Origin: Lepidodermella squamata
Lineage: Eukaryota; Animalia; Gastrotricha
Direction: 5' to 3'
DNA length: 64,000 nt
NCBI GenBank assembly: GCA_047495785.1
Contig: JBLDXI010000063.1
Span: 248,001-312,000 of the forward strand
The notes under the pieces were generated by a model. That model ran no database searches and was not told the DNA's origin. It was given only the letters and a program-made list of their open reading frames with translations. Shown piece by piece: positions 12,335-23,820 of this stretch. Made by a program: the position numbers and the translations under genes. The first letter of the stretch is position 1; the number at the start of each line of letters is the position of its first letter.

Positions 12335-15300
12335 CTATCTCTTCGACGGCTGCTGCGACGACGAGTTGGCTGACGTGGGTGCGCCCGACCACTCGGTTGA
12401 CTCGAAGTTGCGCATCAACTCGTGCTGACTCGTCAAGTCGACCGAATTCGCCAGCTGAACACACACACACAAAATCAGCCATTATTCAAATATGCGTCAG
12501 TTTTCGACAATCTCGAAAATCGATCAATCGAGAGAACTCTTCCTAGTGCCATTTCGGCGACTTCTAACTTATTAGCTATAATATTACGAGACCAAGCGTC
12601 TAGCGATTTCGGACTTATCTTCATCTTCACACTGTCATTTCAAAATGGCTTTGAAGAAAAAGATATTAGGACCGAAGTCGCCAGAAGGGCGGCATATCCT
12701 TTATCCCAGGCTATCCTATGATTTATCCTATGATGTTAATTTTCAATTTTTCGATTTTGCCACTCCCAAGTGATGGATGATGACCCTACTACCTACTAAT
12801 GCATACAATGCATAATGCAAGTGACTTACAGCTAGCCGTTGCCGCCGTTCTTGTTCCTTGAGCTTTTCGCGATTCGTCTCCGCACTCGTCGCTGGTTTGC
12901 TGCCGGTGCTAGAAGCAGGCGGCTGTGCAGCGGCTGCCGCGTTGCCGAACGACGACGACGAGCCGGAGCCGGACGACGACTCGTCGACGTGCGACGACGG
13001 CATGAGCGCGGCTGGCAGGCCGACGCGCGGCGGCCCACTCGAAGACTTACTATTATCGGCTGTGGTGGCGCTCGTCTTCAACCGCTCGCGCTCCTCCTTC
13101 TCGGCCGCCTGTTTGCGGAACAGCTCGAACGAGTCGGCGCCTCCGCCGCTGCCGCCCGTCAGTTGCGGCGGCAAGCCAGCCGTCGCCTGCTGCAGCGACG
13201 TCGGCACGCGAGACGCGGCGCCCGAGGACGCACCACCACCAACCGACGACGACGGCGCCGTCCAGCCGAGACCGGGCGACGGGCCTGCAATCAATCAATC
13301 AATCGGGTTGAGAATCAATCACGCTCGTCACACGCTACTACTACAACAACAACTCACCTGCTAGCTTCTTGTTCGAGCCACCGGCGGCGCCGCTGTCCGC
13401 CGACGTCAGCGGTGTCGCGGGCGGTTTCGGCCGCGATGCATTCAAACTCGCCGATTTGCTGCTCGGATCAGTCGACGAGGGGGCTGTGCGACAAATAACA
13501 AAACAAGATTAGATTTTATTCAGCTTTGATCACACTACGCAAGGGAAGTTGCAAACTAAAAAATGACTTAGCAAAGAATGAAAAGTGCCAGCCATCTACA
13601 TGTTTTTTGCGTGAAATTGAATTACACGAATTTCGACCCGAATTTGACGACATTACACGATTCCTCTCAATGAGACTTGACTTTGTAAAGAACGCAGAGG
13701 TTCCACTTTACGCCAAATCTATTGCAAGATTTTCAGTCAAGGTTAAGGGCTGTAAAGTAGTAGTAGACTAGTTTAGAATTATTTGAAAATTGCAGTGATG
13801 ATTCATTATTGAGAGGAATTGTTTGATGTCGAAATTCGTAAAATTCAATCTCATACAAAATATTTAGTAAATAACTGCAGCTGCTAGCACTTTTCACTAG
13901 TCCATCGACGAAACGACACTCAATATCGCACGTTTCTTCTGAAGCAATGCAATGGCAGTGAAAATAAACTAGCAAAGATTGACTGACTGACTGACTGACT
14001 AACCTGAGGTGGGAGGTCGAGGCGCCGGCGGACCAGGCGGTTTTTTCGCCGCCGCCGCCGACGAAGACGAGGAGGGGGCCGAGGGGAGGGGCGGCTTTTT
14101 CGCACTCGTTGCTGCGGATGCCGCCGCGGCTGTGGTGGTCTTCTTGCGGTTCTTGTTTTTGTTCGACGAGGAGACGGAGCCTTCGTCGTCCGAGTCCGAG
14201 TCGGACGACGACGACGAAGTCGACGAGTCGGAGGAGGACGACTCCGAGAGGCGCTTCGCCGCCGGCGCCCGCACGGCACCCAGTTTGCCGCCGGGTTTCA
14301 CGCCGGCAGCCGGCGCCGGTTTGCTGCCACTACTACTACTAGTCGCAGCGGCGGGTGTGTCTGAAGTCGAGGAGGGGTTGTTGTTGTTGGGTTTAGTCGA
14401 TGTCGAGGTGGGGCCGGAGGAGGACGAGGTGGCAGCAGGAGGTGGCTGGGTGGCGGCTTTGTTCGCCTGTTGCTGCGGCTGGCGCTTCGCCGTGCCGGCG
14501 AGCACCGAGTGGACGAAGCGCTCGAGCTCGCGCAGCGTCTTGGGCCGCAGGGCCTCGAAGTCGATCTCGATCTCGTCGTTGCCGCCCGACTCCTTGCCGC
14601 TGGAGAACTGCGGCTCGTGCTGCGCCAGGATGTCGACGACGTGCGCCAGGTTCTCCGGCGGCAACCGGTTGATGTCCTGCGACAGCTGCCGCTTCTCGTC
14701 GTACGACATCGGCCGCACGCCCGCGTCCGGTTCCACGAGGGCGCCCGACTCGTCGAGTTGCGACCCGCCGTCCGCGTCCCCGCCTGCTCCACCCGCTGCT
14801 GAGCTGGCGGTCTTCCAGCCGGGCAACTGGCCGGACGAGGACGACGCAGCCGCCGACGCCGCTGCCGACGGCCGGCCTGGCTTGCGCGGCGCCGTCGCCG
14901 GACTCTTCGGCCCGGCTGCTCCGCCGCGGCCTTTGCCCGCCCCTTGCGCCGCCTGCTGGTCCTTCGGCTCGCGTTTCTTGCGCGGCTTCTTCGGCGGCGA
15001 CACGCCGTCGGCGGACGCGCCCGAGCCGGCCGTGGCGCCCACTCCGGCGCCGGCGATGGGCGTCGACAGCACGACCGGCGTCGACTTCTCGGCGTTCATG
15101 TTGCAGATCTGCTGCTGCAGCATGATGATCTGTTGTTGCAGCATCGCGAACGCGCTCGACTCGCCGCTCGGCGTCACCAACGGCGTCTGCGGCATGGCGG
15201 CCGGCTGCGGCGTGTCCGCCGCCGCTCCGCCGCCCCGCTGGCTCTTCGGCAGCTTGCCCGATTTCGACGGCGACACCGACACGCGCGCCTTCTTGTTGTT

Positions 15301-18300
15301 CGGCCCGCTCGTCTGCTCGTCGTCGCCGCCGCCTTTCTTCGACGCGGCGCCGCTCGACTCAGCTTTCGCGTGTTTCCGCGGCGTCGCTCCATCGCCGCCG
15401 TCCTTTGCCTTGTCGAGGGCTGACTTTTTCGATGGCTCGAATGAACCTGCAATAGCATAAAAAGTTAGTAAACACCAGTATAGGCTAGAATCTATCAAAT
15501 CAAAAGCTCATTTTTCCTGAAAAGTGCACACTAATTTCCGTGGAATCCGAGATTGTCAAAAAATCCCAAATTTTACGATTTCTACGATAAAAAATCCAAA
15601 TAAAGAGCCATCAAATTGTGATTCTAAGGACAGGACACAGCACCATCCTGATTTGAAATATATCAAAAATGAGGGTTTATTTCCTATTTGGTTTCAAAAT
15701 CTGGTTCTTCTGCACCTAATTTCGGACTCGACAGTGGTCAAAACAAGCAATTTTGAGTCCACTCGCATTTATTTGGGCCTGGCCAAATTGAACAATTGGA
15801 AATCTAACCTGCACGACAGAATAGCTTCAATAGCGAAGAGCCTAAAACCCTCAAAATTTAACAATCGTTCGATAGATACAGATTTTCAAGGTCAAATTCC
15901 AGACAGGACCACAGGTTTCCATTATCTCGAAATTTTAACCCTAGTTAAATTGATCCCGGCTATCATCAAAAAAATTAAGAACTGTGGTGAATTCGATTCG
16001 ATTACCTAGTACCACATATTTTAGGAAATGTAATGTGCAATGGGGCAAATTTATTGCCGGTCAATTCAATACACAAAGATTTATGAACTGACCTGATCGG
16101 CGTTTCTGGTTGGCAGCAGTTGTCGAAGCTGGGGCGGCTACTGCTGCGGCTGACGGTTGAGCGTTGTTGTTCGCATTGACGGTGATACTGGACGAGCGGC
16201 CTTCCTCGGCCTCGTCCTCGAGCATCTGCACGAGCAGGAGTGCGACCTGCGTCTCGAAGACGGCCTGCAGGCGGTGGCCGAAGTCGGCGATGATGTGGCC
16301 GGGCGGGTTGTAGCGGTAGCAGTTCGTGAACATGAGCCGCACGTCGTAGACGAAGTCGTGCGCCGACGCGTACCGCCCGTGCTCCAGCTTGCGCTTGATC
16401 GTCGACAGGTCCATGGGCCGCCGCACCACCTTCGGGTACTCGGGCTCGAGGCTCGTGTCCACCGGCCGGTAGAACACGGCCGCGTAGTCGCGGTGCGCCG
16501 CGTCGAACAGCTCCTCGAGCACCTGCGAACACAACTCGACGCGCTTCGTCGCCTGCGCGTCCGACAGCGCCGCCGCGGCTGCTGCGCCGGCCGCCGTCGA
16601 CGACGACGAGCCGGGCCGTGAGACGAGGGTCGAGGTGCGGCGCTTCTTGCGGGCCGACGCGAACAACGACGGTCTGTTAGCCGCAGCCGCGAGCGCTGAA
16701 GACTTGGCCGCAGCAGAAGACGACAACAGCGAAGTTTGCGAAGACGATGCAGCGGCGGCGGTCGTCGACTCGAAGGCCGACTCGCTGGCGCCGTCGTCGC
16801 CCGTCACCACGCGGTGCACCGTCGGCTTCGACTCGCCGCCGATGGACGCGGCCGGCGACACCGGCTCCTTGACGTGCACCTGCGGCTGCGGCGTCGACCC
16901 CCGCGACTCTTCCGCCACCGCCGCCGCGACGATTGCGGCAGCCGGCGATCGAGGGTGCACGGACGACGACGCTACGGACAACACCGAGGCCGGCGTGAGA
17001 GCCGACTTCGGCTCGGCCTTGCGGGACGCCGATTTCGGCTCGCCGTGGCTGTGGTGGTGGTGGCTGGAACTGCCGCTCTTGCTGCTGCCGCCGCCGCCGC
17101 CGGTGCCAGAGCCACCAGAGCCACCGGACTCGACTTCTTCCGACGGCATGTCACGCAATTTGCGCTCGAAAATCTCCTGCAACTGCATGCCCATTTTCGC
17201 CACGTCCTGAAACAGCATAATCACACGCGCGTTAAGCACAGCAATTTCAACTTTTTGTTCCTAATAATGACTACTAGACTAATGCTGAAACTGCAGCAGC
17301 AGCAATATGGGTACAGCCTCACACTTGAGCAACTCGACAGGTGAACAAATAAATGGCTCCTTTGCGTGCACCCAACTACTACCCGTTCCTATTTCAGCAA
17401 TAGCTGCAGCGACCGTAAAATCACATTCACTTTCACCTGAGATTTCAATCACAATAGCGAATAAGAATTCAAATCAGCCATGGTCAGCTAGTCGAGAAAC
17501 CATAATTACCCTATTACCTACAAAATCCCGATTATGGCGTTCTAGAAGAACTGCTATAAAAATAAGGTCGGAGAAAAACGGCCCAGAAAGGTGTTAAGAA
17601 ATACAGAAAGCGCACTCTGATAACTGATTTGTAAACCAAACGTAACTAAGATTTTTGGCAAATTTTCCTTCAAATGTAAAATCCTAGCATAATATAGAAA
17701 GTCTAGCGAGCAAATCATACCCTATACATAGAGCTCGTCGACATGGAAAAAAATAACTAGGATCTGAATGAATGAGCAAAGAATGGGCTAAATAGTTCTA
17801 CGATAATTGCTGCTGCTGATGCAATTTTAATATGAATCACCACCATTTTTCCATTCGAGTAACCTCAATTGCAGTAAAACAAAAATGACGATAACAAGAG
17901 CGACGCGGAAAAGTAATAAAAAACCTATAAAATTACCACCCTAGCTGGTGAATCAATGAGAATTAACAATGAAGAGCAGCAGTAAGAACTCACGTCATTC
18001 GGAGGGTTGAATAGAAAACAATTTGAGAACATGAGGCGTAGATCGGCAATGCACTCCTCCGCCGAATAATAAAAGTTGTTCGACAGCCGTTTCCGAATCG
18101 TCCCTAGATCCATCGGCTCTTTTATCAACTCGTAGTACGTCGGCAGTTCGAGCAGCACCGCGTCGACTGGTTTCTGGAATGGCCACGACTGTTTGTTCGC
18201 CCACAGCGACTTGTTGACGACTTTCTTCAAAAACTCAAGCTGGTTCGTCTGCCGCGTCTTCTTGCCCGCTGGGGCGGAGACAGCAGGCGGGTCTCGAATG

Positions 18301-18898
18301 GCGATCTTCAACTTCTCACCAGGCATTTTCTTCGAATCGGTCACTACTTTGTAGTAAAGACCTGTGTCGTCAGCCTGGCCTTCTTGCTGGCCTCCCGAGT
18401 TAGAAATCGGCTGATCGCCAGTATTGCCACCGTCATTACTCGCCGTCGTGCCTTCATTCATCATCGCCGCTGTGGCTGAATTCGACACGGAGGCGGGTGC
18501 TTTCGGCGAGCCGCCACTCGTCGACTCCTCCATGCCACCGACGGATGACGCCGCATCGTTTATCACATCATTGCTATTCGTGTTTGTGTTCACGTTTTCG
18601 ACCAAACTACTACTTTGCTGAAGCGGTTGCTGCTGCTGAGACGAATCATCGTTGCCATTGGTAACCAACTGGCCGTTTTTAGCCTTATCGGACGAATGAT
18701 CCTATAAACAGATCAACAAACGCGGCATGAATCTAGCGATTCTGTGCCAACAATTCAAAGGTGACTCACGTCAGAGCCGGCAGATGTCAGATTTTTAGCA
18801 AAACTGCCACTGCAACGATCGCTTGTGTCTTCATCAGATTCGGGCGCCATGTTCAGGCCTTCTCTGTGAAGTGTCATGCCCGTAGCAACAGCACTCAT
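12335..18898 (-). CDS. BRD2/3/4: BET family protein, long BRD4/fs(1)h-L-like form. Exons 18898-18770, 18701-17994, 17206-16093, 15446-14004, 13483-13358, 13284-12830, 12454-12335
   Basis: BD1 ([41 protein letters not shown]), BD2 ([21 protein letters not shown]), ET domain ([39 protein letters not shown]), SEED tract, [16 protein letters not shown], and C-terminal motif EQERRQRLA|[18 protein letters not shown]. All junctions are GT-AG and in frame. Confidence 0.93.
13579..13896. mobile_element. Decayed MITE-like inverted repeat in a BET intron
   Basis: ttttgcgtgaaattgaattacacgaatttcgac (about 13604-13636) matches the reverse complement of 13828-13860 with a few mismatches. Outer tgaaaagtgc / gcacttttca also pair. 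Confidence 0.5.
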
Positions 18899-19969
18899 TA
18901 GCGGAATTCAAGCGATTTACCATGCAAAATATGATGGGAAGTAATACACATAACAAAAACTAGAAAATCAATAGGAGCATAATGTAATCATTATCCCAGG
19001 CACAGTAACGTGGACATCAACATGTTCTTCGTCTGCAACATGTGCCAATACGTTTCCTCCAGCTGAAACGAGTCGTAAACAATTACGATAAAGTCAAGCC
19101 TAAATGTTGCCAGATAAATTATCCTCCGCATCTTCTCCTCGATGCAGCCCTCGAACATCAATCCATACACAATTCAGTCGCTCAACGGTAACGTTTAACG
19201 GAAGAAATCCAGTAGTTTCGAATAATCGCGAAGCATGCATCACGTAAATAGTAAAATCAAGTTGCTCCTTGGTCGCAAATCGCGAACAGATGATCTTCAT
19301 TGACGATAGGACGATGGATAATGCCCGAATTAAATTATAAACCTGAATCGCCGAGAAACCACTCTGCGCGTCGTCTCACAGTTCTTCACAGAATGAACGA
19401 TACAGCAATCATACTGAACGGTGCAGTTCTGGGTGTATTCAACTCCGGTTCAAAACTGACAAAACTCCGGTTAACATAGAAGTTCGGTCGAACTAAATGG
19501 ATCGATTGATGGATTTCGTAAATGGTAGGTCTATATTGATCTAAATCTCAATAAAAACCAGCCGTCAATTCGCGCTAAACCACACTGCGATGGATTTAGC
19601 TAGCCGAGAACCTAAAAACCGTTTGCAGGTTAATTTCTTCATTTACGCCAACTTCTGGACGAGTTATCAACCTAAAAGAAAGGAACAATTTATGGTCCAA
19701 AGACGCACACGACGGCAGGGAAGAAATTTACGATAAAACAAACAAAAATCAGGCAACAGAGCCAGCAAATTGACACCATTCACCAGTAAATTTCGTTTTT
19801 TCTTTCCAAGTTGTTGATAAGTGACGGCGGAGACGACTCATCCGCCGCCGCCAGTTGAAAATTTCCATGCTATCCTTCACATTAATATATTTTAAAATTA
19901 ATTAATTTTGTTATAAAAATTAGTTATAGTGAAAACAAAAAATAAAAAAATATGGCCGCAGTTTTTATT

Positions 19970-19980
19970 TTTCGCGGGAA
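19970..19980. promoter_or_regulatory. E2F-like site TTTCGCGGGAA in the probable BET promoter
   Basis: Motif match next to an AT-rich tract, upstream of the apparently spliced BET 5' leader (about 18900-19870). Confidence 0.3.
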
Positions 19981-20474
19981 TTTTAAAGAGATTCTCTCGG
20001 TTTTTTAGTACGGTTTTTTCGTACCGTTTTTTTGGTTTAAGGTCAAGAAGTCCTCATTCCCTGGGAATGGTCGATAACTTGCTTTAAAATGAGAACACAG
20101 GGGGCGAGGGGATTTTAAGTCACCTTGAAGCTATTTTAAGGATGAGGTAATGTATCACTATGAAGTTGACGCAAATTGAGGTGGAGGTGATTTCTGTCAC
20201 AGATAAAGATGTTTTGATGAGATATGTTAATGCTGTCTCCTAATTGCAATCACTCCGACACGAGAACTAAAATGGAACTCTGCATCTCTTCTGCTTTCTT
20301 CATGTGCTCTGCGATCTCTGCCTTTCGCTTGCGAAAAGGAATGCTAAAAGCTTGTTTGAAATAAAGAATAATTGCCGTTGATCTGAGAATTAGCTTTATT
20401 GGAGCATTCAGTGGAAAATGTCGTACTTTATGAGCCAATGAGGATGCATAATAAAAGTGAAACAAATATGTATG

Positions 20475-21014
20475 CTAAGCTACGCATAGTTTGATGAATC
20501 TGAATTTTCCATCGTTGTGAAATCCCGTTGTTAACAATTGATACGATCCCCAGTGAGCCAACGTGAAAAGTGGAATCGCAAGCCATTTGATATCCACCGA
20601 GCAATATAATTGAAGAGACTTGATAGCATATATGTACATGCAAAAATATAGGCATAATGTTGTAACAGAAGGTAAGTCGAGCGATGTGCCAGAACCATTT
20701 AACAAGAGTGGCATGAAGAAGGAAATAAAGTGAGCAGCCGAATATGCAAAGAATGCACTACCATTGAAGCTAGCCATGTTGCCTCCAGTGGCATAGCAAA
20801 TTGTTCGCAGAATCATCGAGGCCGCGAGTTGGTCTAGTGAAATTCTTGGTATTGCTGTTGCCAAAAGAATGAATGGAAGCATGAAGGCGATGACTAGCGG
20901 CAACACCTGATTTTTTAATTTCTTTAGGTGACCAAATGTGATTGCCAATTGAAAGCTGTTTCTTGACTCCATCGGGTAAAATAATATACTCTGTTCATCC
21001 ATTGTCCGTTCCAA
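20475..21014 (-). other. Hydrophobic ORF (possible multi-pass membrane protein or decayed gene); gene model unresolved
   Basis: 179-aa ORF with several hydrophobic segments. Neighbouring minus-strand ORFs (20250-21540) could not be joined with consistent splice phases. Confidence 0.25.
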
Positions 21015-21625
21015 AACTCAAGTGTGCGGCTTGAATTATTCACTCGACAGTATTTTGTCTGGTTTTTGAAAAAGCTGATTTGAAGAAGCCAAGCTGTCCA
21101 TTTTATATCATTGTTATCTGCACCTATCTCGTGGGCCCACCGTCGCACCAGACTGGACAGACATCATATCGTAGGCCTATTTGTCATTATTAATAACAGT
21201 ACTGCAAGCGCCTTATCTGATAGAATTGTAGTACAATTCCAAAAGTCATGATACCTCGCAAAAATATGACTCGTAAACAACGGAAATAAGGAAAATGGTG
21301 CCCACCGAAAGCCGGTTCGAGGAAGCGGAAGGCGGGCAGCAACAGCGACAACGGCGTCGATCCCAACATCGCGGCCATTATGCAGACTCTTGTCGCGACT
21401 GAACAGCCGGCCGTTAGTGAACGGCGCCGCATTATCAACGAACATTTTTCAACTGTTTTATCTGTGATTGAACATTCGACTCTTTCTCCCTCTGAAATTT
21501 CTTTGCTAACCTTCGATATTCTTGATGTTATTAGGCACAAGCTGAAATAAACATGTTTTAAGGCGCTTTTTGTTTATTTTGTTTGCGATAATTAAAACGT
21601 ATATTGCGGTAATTAAAATGAGTGA

Positions 21626-21916
21626 CTGGCTTTGTATTGCGTGTAACTTCGGCTCTTCGGATTCGGACGCTTCGTACGGCCTGTCCGAAGCACGGCGGTC
21701 CGAAGTCTATTGTTCTCGCACTTCGGATACTTCGGCGCGCCCTATTGTTCTCGCGTCGCTCGCGTCGTCCGAAGTTGTGCGCGTTTATAAATGACGATCT
21801 CGTTCTTCGGACGTGCGCGCGCCCAACTTCGGAGCGTATTACGCAACTTCGGCCGTCCGAACTTCGGATGGCCGTCCGAACTTCGGATGGCCGTCCGAAG
21901 TCGTTTATAAATCCAG
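21626..21916. mobile_element. Putative non-autonomous DNA transposon rich in CTTCGG/CCGAAG motifs
   Basis: GC-rich island with imperfect termini CTGGCTTTGTA / TATAAATCCAG, about 15 copies of the motif on both strands, and a 19-bp palindromic unit GGCCGTCCGAACTTCGGAT in tandem at 21851-21900. Confidence 0.5.
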
Positions 21917-22271
21917 CATAAGACTCACAAAGTAATTCGGAGCGTTTGAATTACTTCAACGATTCGTGATGAGCAAGTCTTGGCTAGCGCATGTTTAATG
22001 GAAGCGTATTCTAGAATTTTTCATAAATAAAAATATGACTTGATTAAGATCAGATTGAAGCAAAGACACCATCGCAAATGTCTGAACATGTTTATCTGGC
22101 AGAAAAGTCTCATTACAACTCACATGAAAGAAGAAAGAGAGAAGGAAACAGCTGATCAAACTATTGGAGTGCACAAGTCAGCAACCTTGGTTTATGAGTT
22201 CCTCCTGACACGTATACACATCGCTAGCTAGGCGTTCTTTGATTTCATTAAAGCTCTCATCTGTTTTGTAA

Positions 22272-23659
22272 ATGCTAAAGCCTTCAAAATACTTGATCAC
22301 ATTTCTTTTACTCGGCTTTGCCAACTCGGCATTGGCCCAAAAGAAAGCAGATGCCGCGGGTATGCAAGCCGCAGCTCAAAAGTTGGCTGACCAATTTTCG
22401 GACCCGGATAAAGCAAAGTTGATAAACTTGAATCCAATTTGGGATCAACTGACGATGTATGGTGCAGGCGTGAGTTATTAACCTGTTTCTCTTTTACTCT
22501 CTTGAGATATCTCCACATTGCTATGTAGTTGCTTACGCAAGTTCAAAATATAAATCCGAAAGCGTATACTACGCTGACAAACAGGCTGTGTCAGAACATC
22601 GGACTAGGGAATTGTGCCACGCTGACTGATGTTGTTGGTACAAAAGACGGAGTAATTTCAACGGGTGGTGGGGGTGGAAACAACAATTTGATTATCCCAC
22701 TTGTCACAACGACAAGAGTAGGCCCGAAAATCGACATCGCAACGACAGTCGCATCAAACAATCTGATTCCCACTGTTCCATTAGCTGCTACCACGACAGG
22801 TACGAAAGCAGAGACTGAAACGACAGCCACCACTAAAGCTACAGAGGCTACCACGACCAAGAAAGTGGAAGCTACCACTGCGGCAACTACTAAAAAAGAG
22901 GAGGCTGCTACGTCTACGACAGCGAAAGCCGAGACTACGACCATCGCTACCACGACCAAAAAAGAGGAGGCGACAACGGCAGCCACAACCAAAAAGGAAG
23001 AAGCAACAACTACTGCTGCTACTACCAAAAAAGAGGAGACGGTCCCAACCGTGACAACTAAAACGGCAGAAGCTACTACAAAGCCTACCACGAAAGCTGC
23101 AGCAGCAACGACGGCTACAACGACCGATGACTTCGAACTCATCGAGGACGATGAAACGACAACCAAGGATTCGGCAACAACCACTAAATCAGATGCGACG
23201 ACCAAGGCTGCCACCACGACAAAGGCTGATACGACGGCATCCACAGGAACAACCAGCAAGGCGGCAGATACCACAACCACAAAGAAAGATGAAACAACCA
23301 CAACCAAGGCCGCTAGTACTGTTACTTCGACTGTTGCCGGTCAGACGAGCCCAACTACGACTGCCAGTGCTACGACGACAACAACAACAACCAAAGCGGC
23401 AACTAGTGCCAGTGGTTCGACTGGCTCCACTTCCACTGCTGGCTCCACTTCTACTGCTGGATCTACTTCTACCAAAGCAGCTATTGTCTCCAGCAATGTC
23501 GTCTCTTCCTTGTCCCAAGCCTTCCCTGTGGGACTCAGTGACCCCACTCATTTCGGGCTAGTCGCCCCAAGGTTCAGTACTTCTTCATCTTCTATCATTG
23601 GTTCCACTGGTTACATGAGTCTCCTCTCAGCGTTGTTCCCACTTCTTCTTGCTTACTGA
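22272..23659 (+). CDS. Secreted Thr/Ala/Lys-rich mucin-like protein, probably GPI-anchored (about 442 aa). Exons 22272-22469, 22529-23659
   Basis: Signal peptide MLKPSKYLITFLLLGFANSALA, 59-nt GT-AG intron, two-Cys N-domain, repeats such as TTKKEEATT, hydrophobic C-terminal tail YMSLLSALFPLLLAY. Confidence 0.85.
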
Positions 23660-23820
23660 ATCGCTGAAGTTTTGATTAGGTGGCGGCTTTGAACTATACT
23701 CACCGGTGATGCTTGAAAAGACGTCTTTTCCAGAAAAAAATCGTTTCATTTTATTTAAGAGATGATATTAAAATAGGAGGATTCCTGTACAAAGCATAAT
23801 CTTTTTGTTCATGAAAATCA

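Noticed and set aside
14009-15460. Long antisense ORFs (483 aa here; also 4613-5401, 36259-36765, 41251-42063 and others)
   Set aside because: Shadows of GC3-rich or low-complexity coding exons on the opposite strand; no recognisable domains
15524-16009. 161-aa + strand ORF inside a BET intron
   Set aside because: GTG start, AT-rich, no domain; likely a chance ORF in intron or TE-derived sequence
20924-21148. Resemblance of RVYYFTRWSQETAFNWQ to ALG3 mannosyltransferase
   Set aside because: No other ALG3 motifs (such as YTEIDW or GPLVYP) and no coherent gene model
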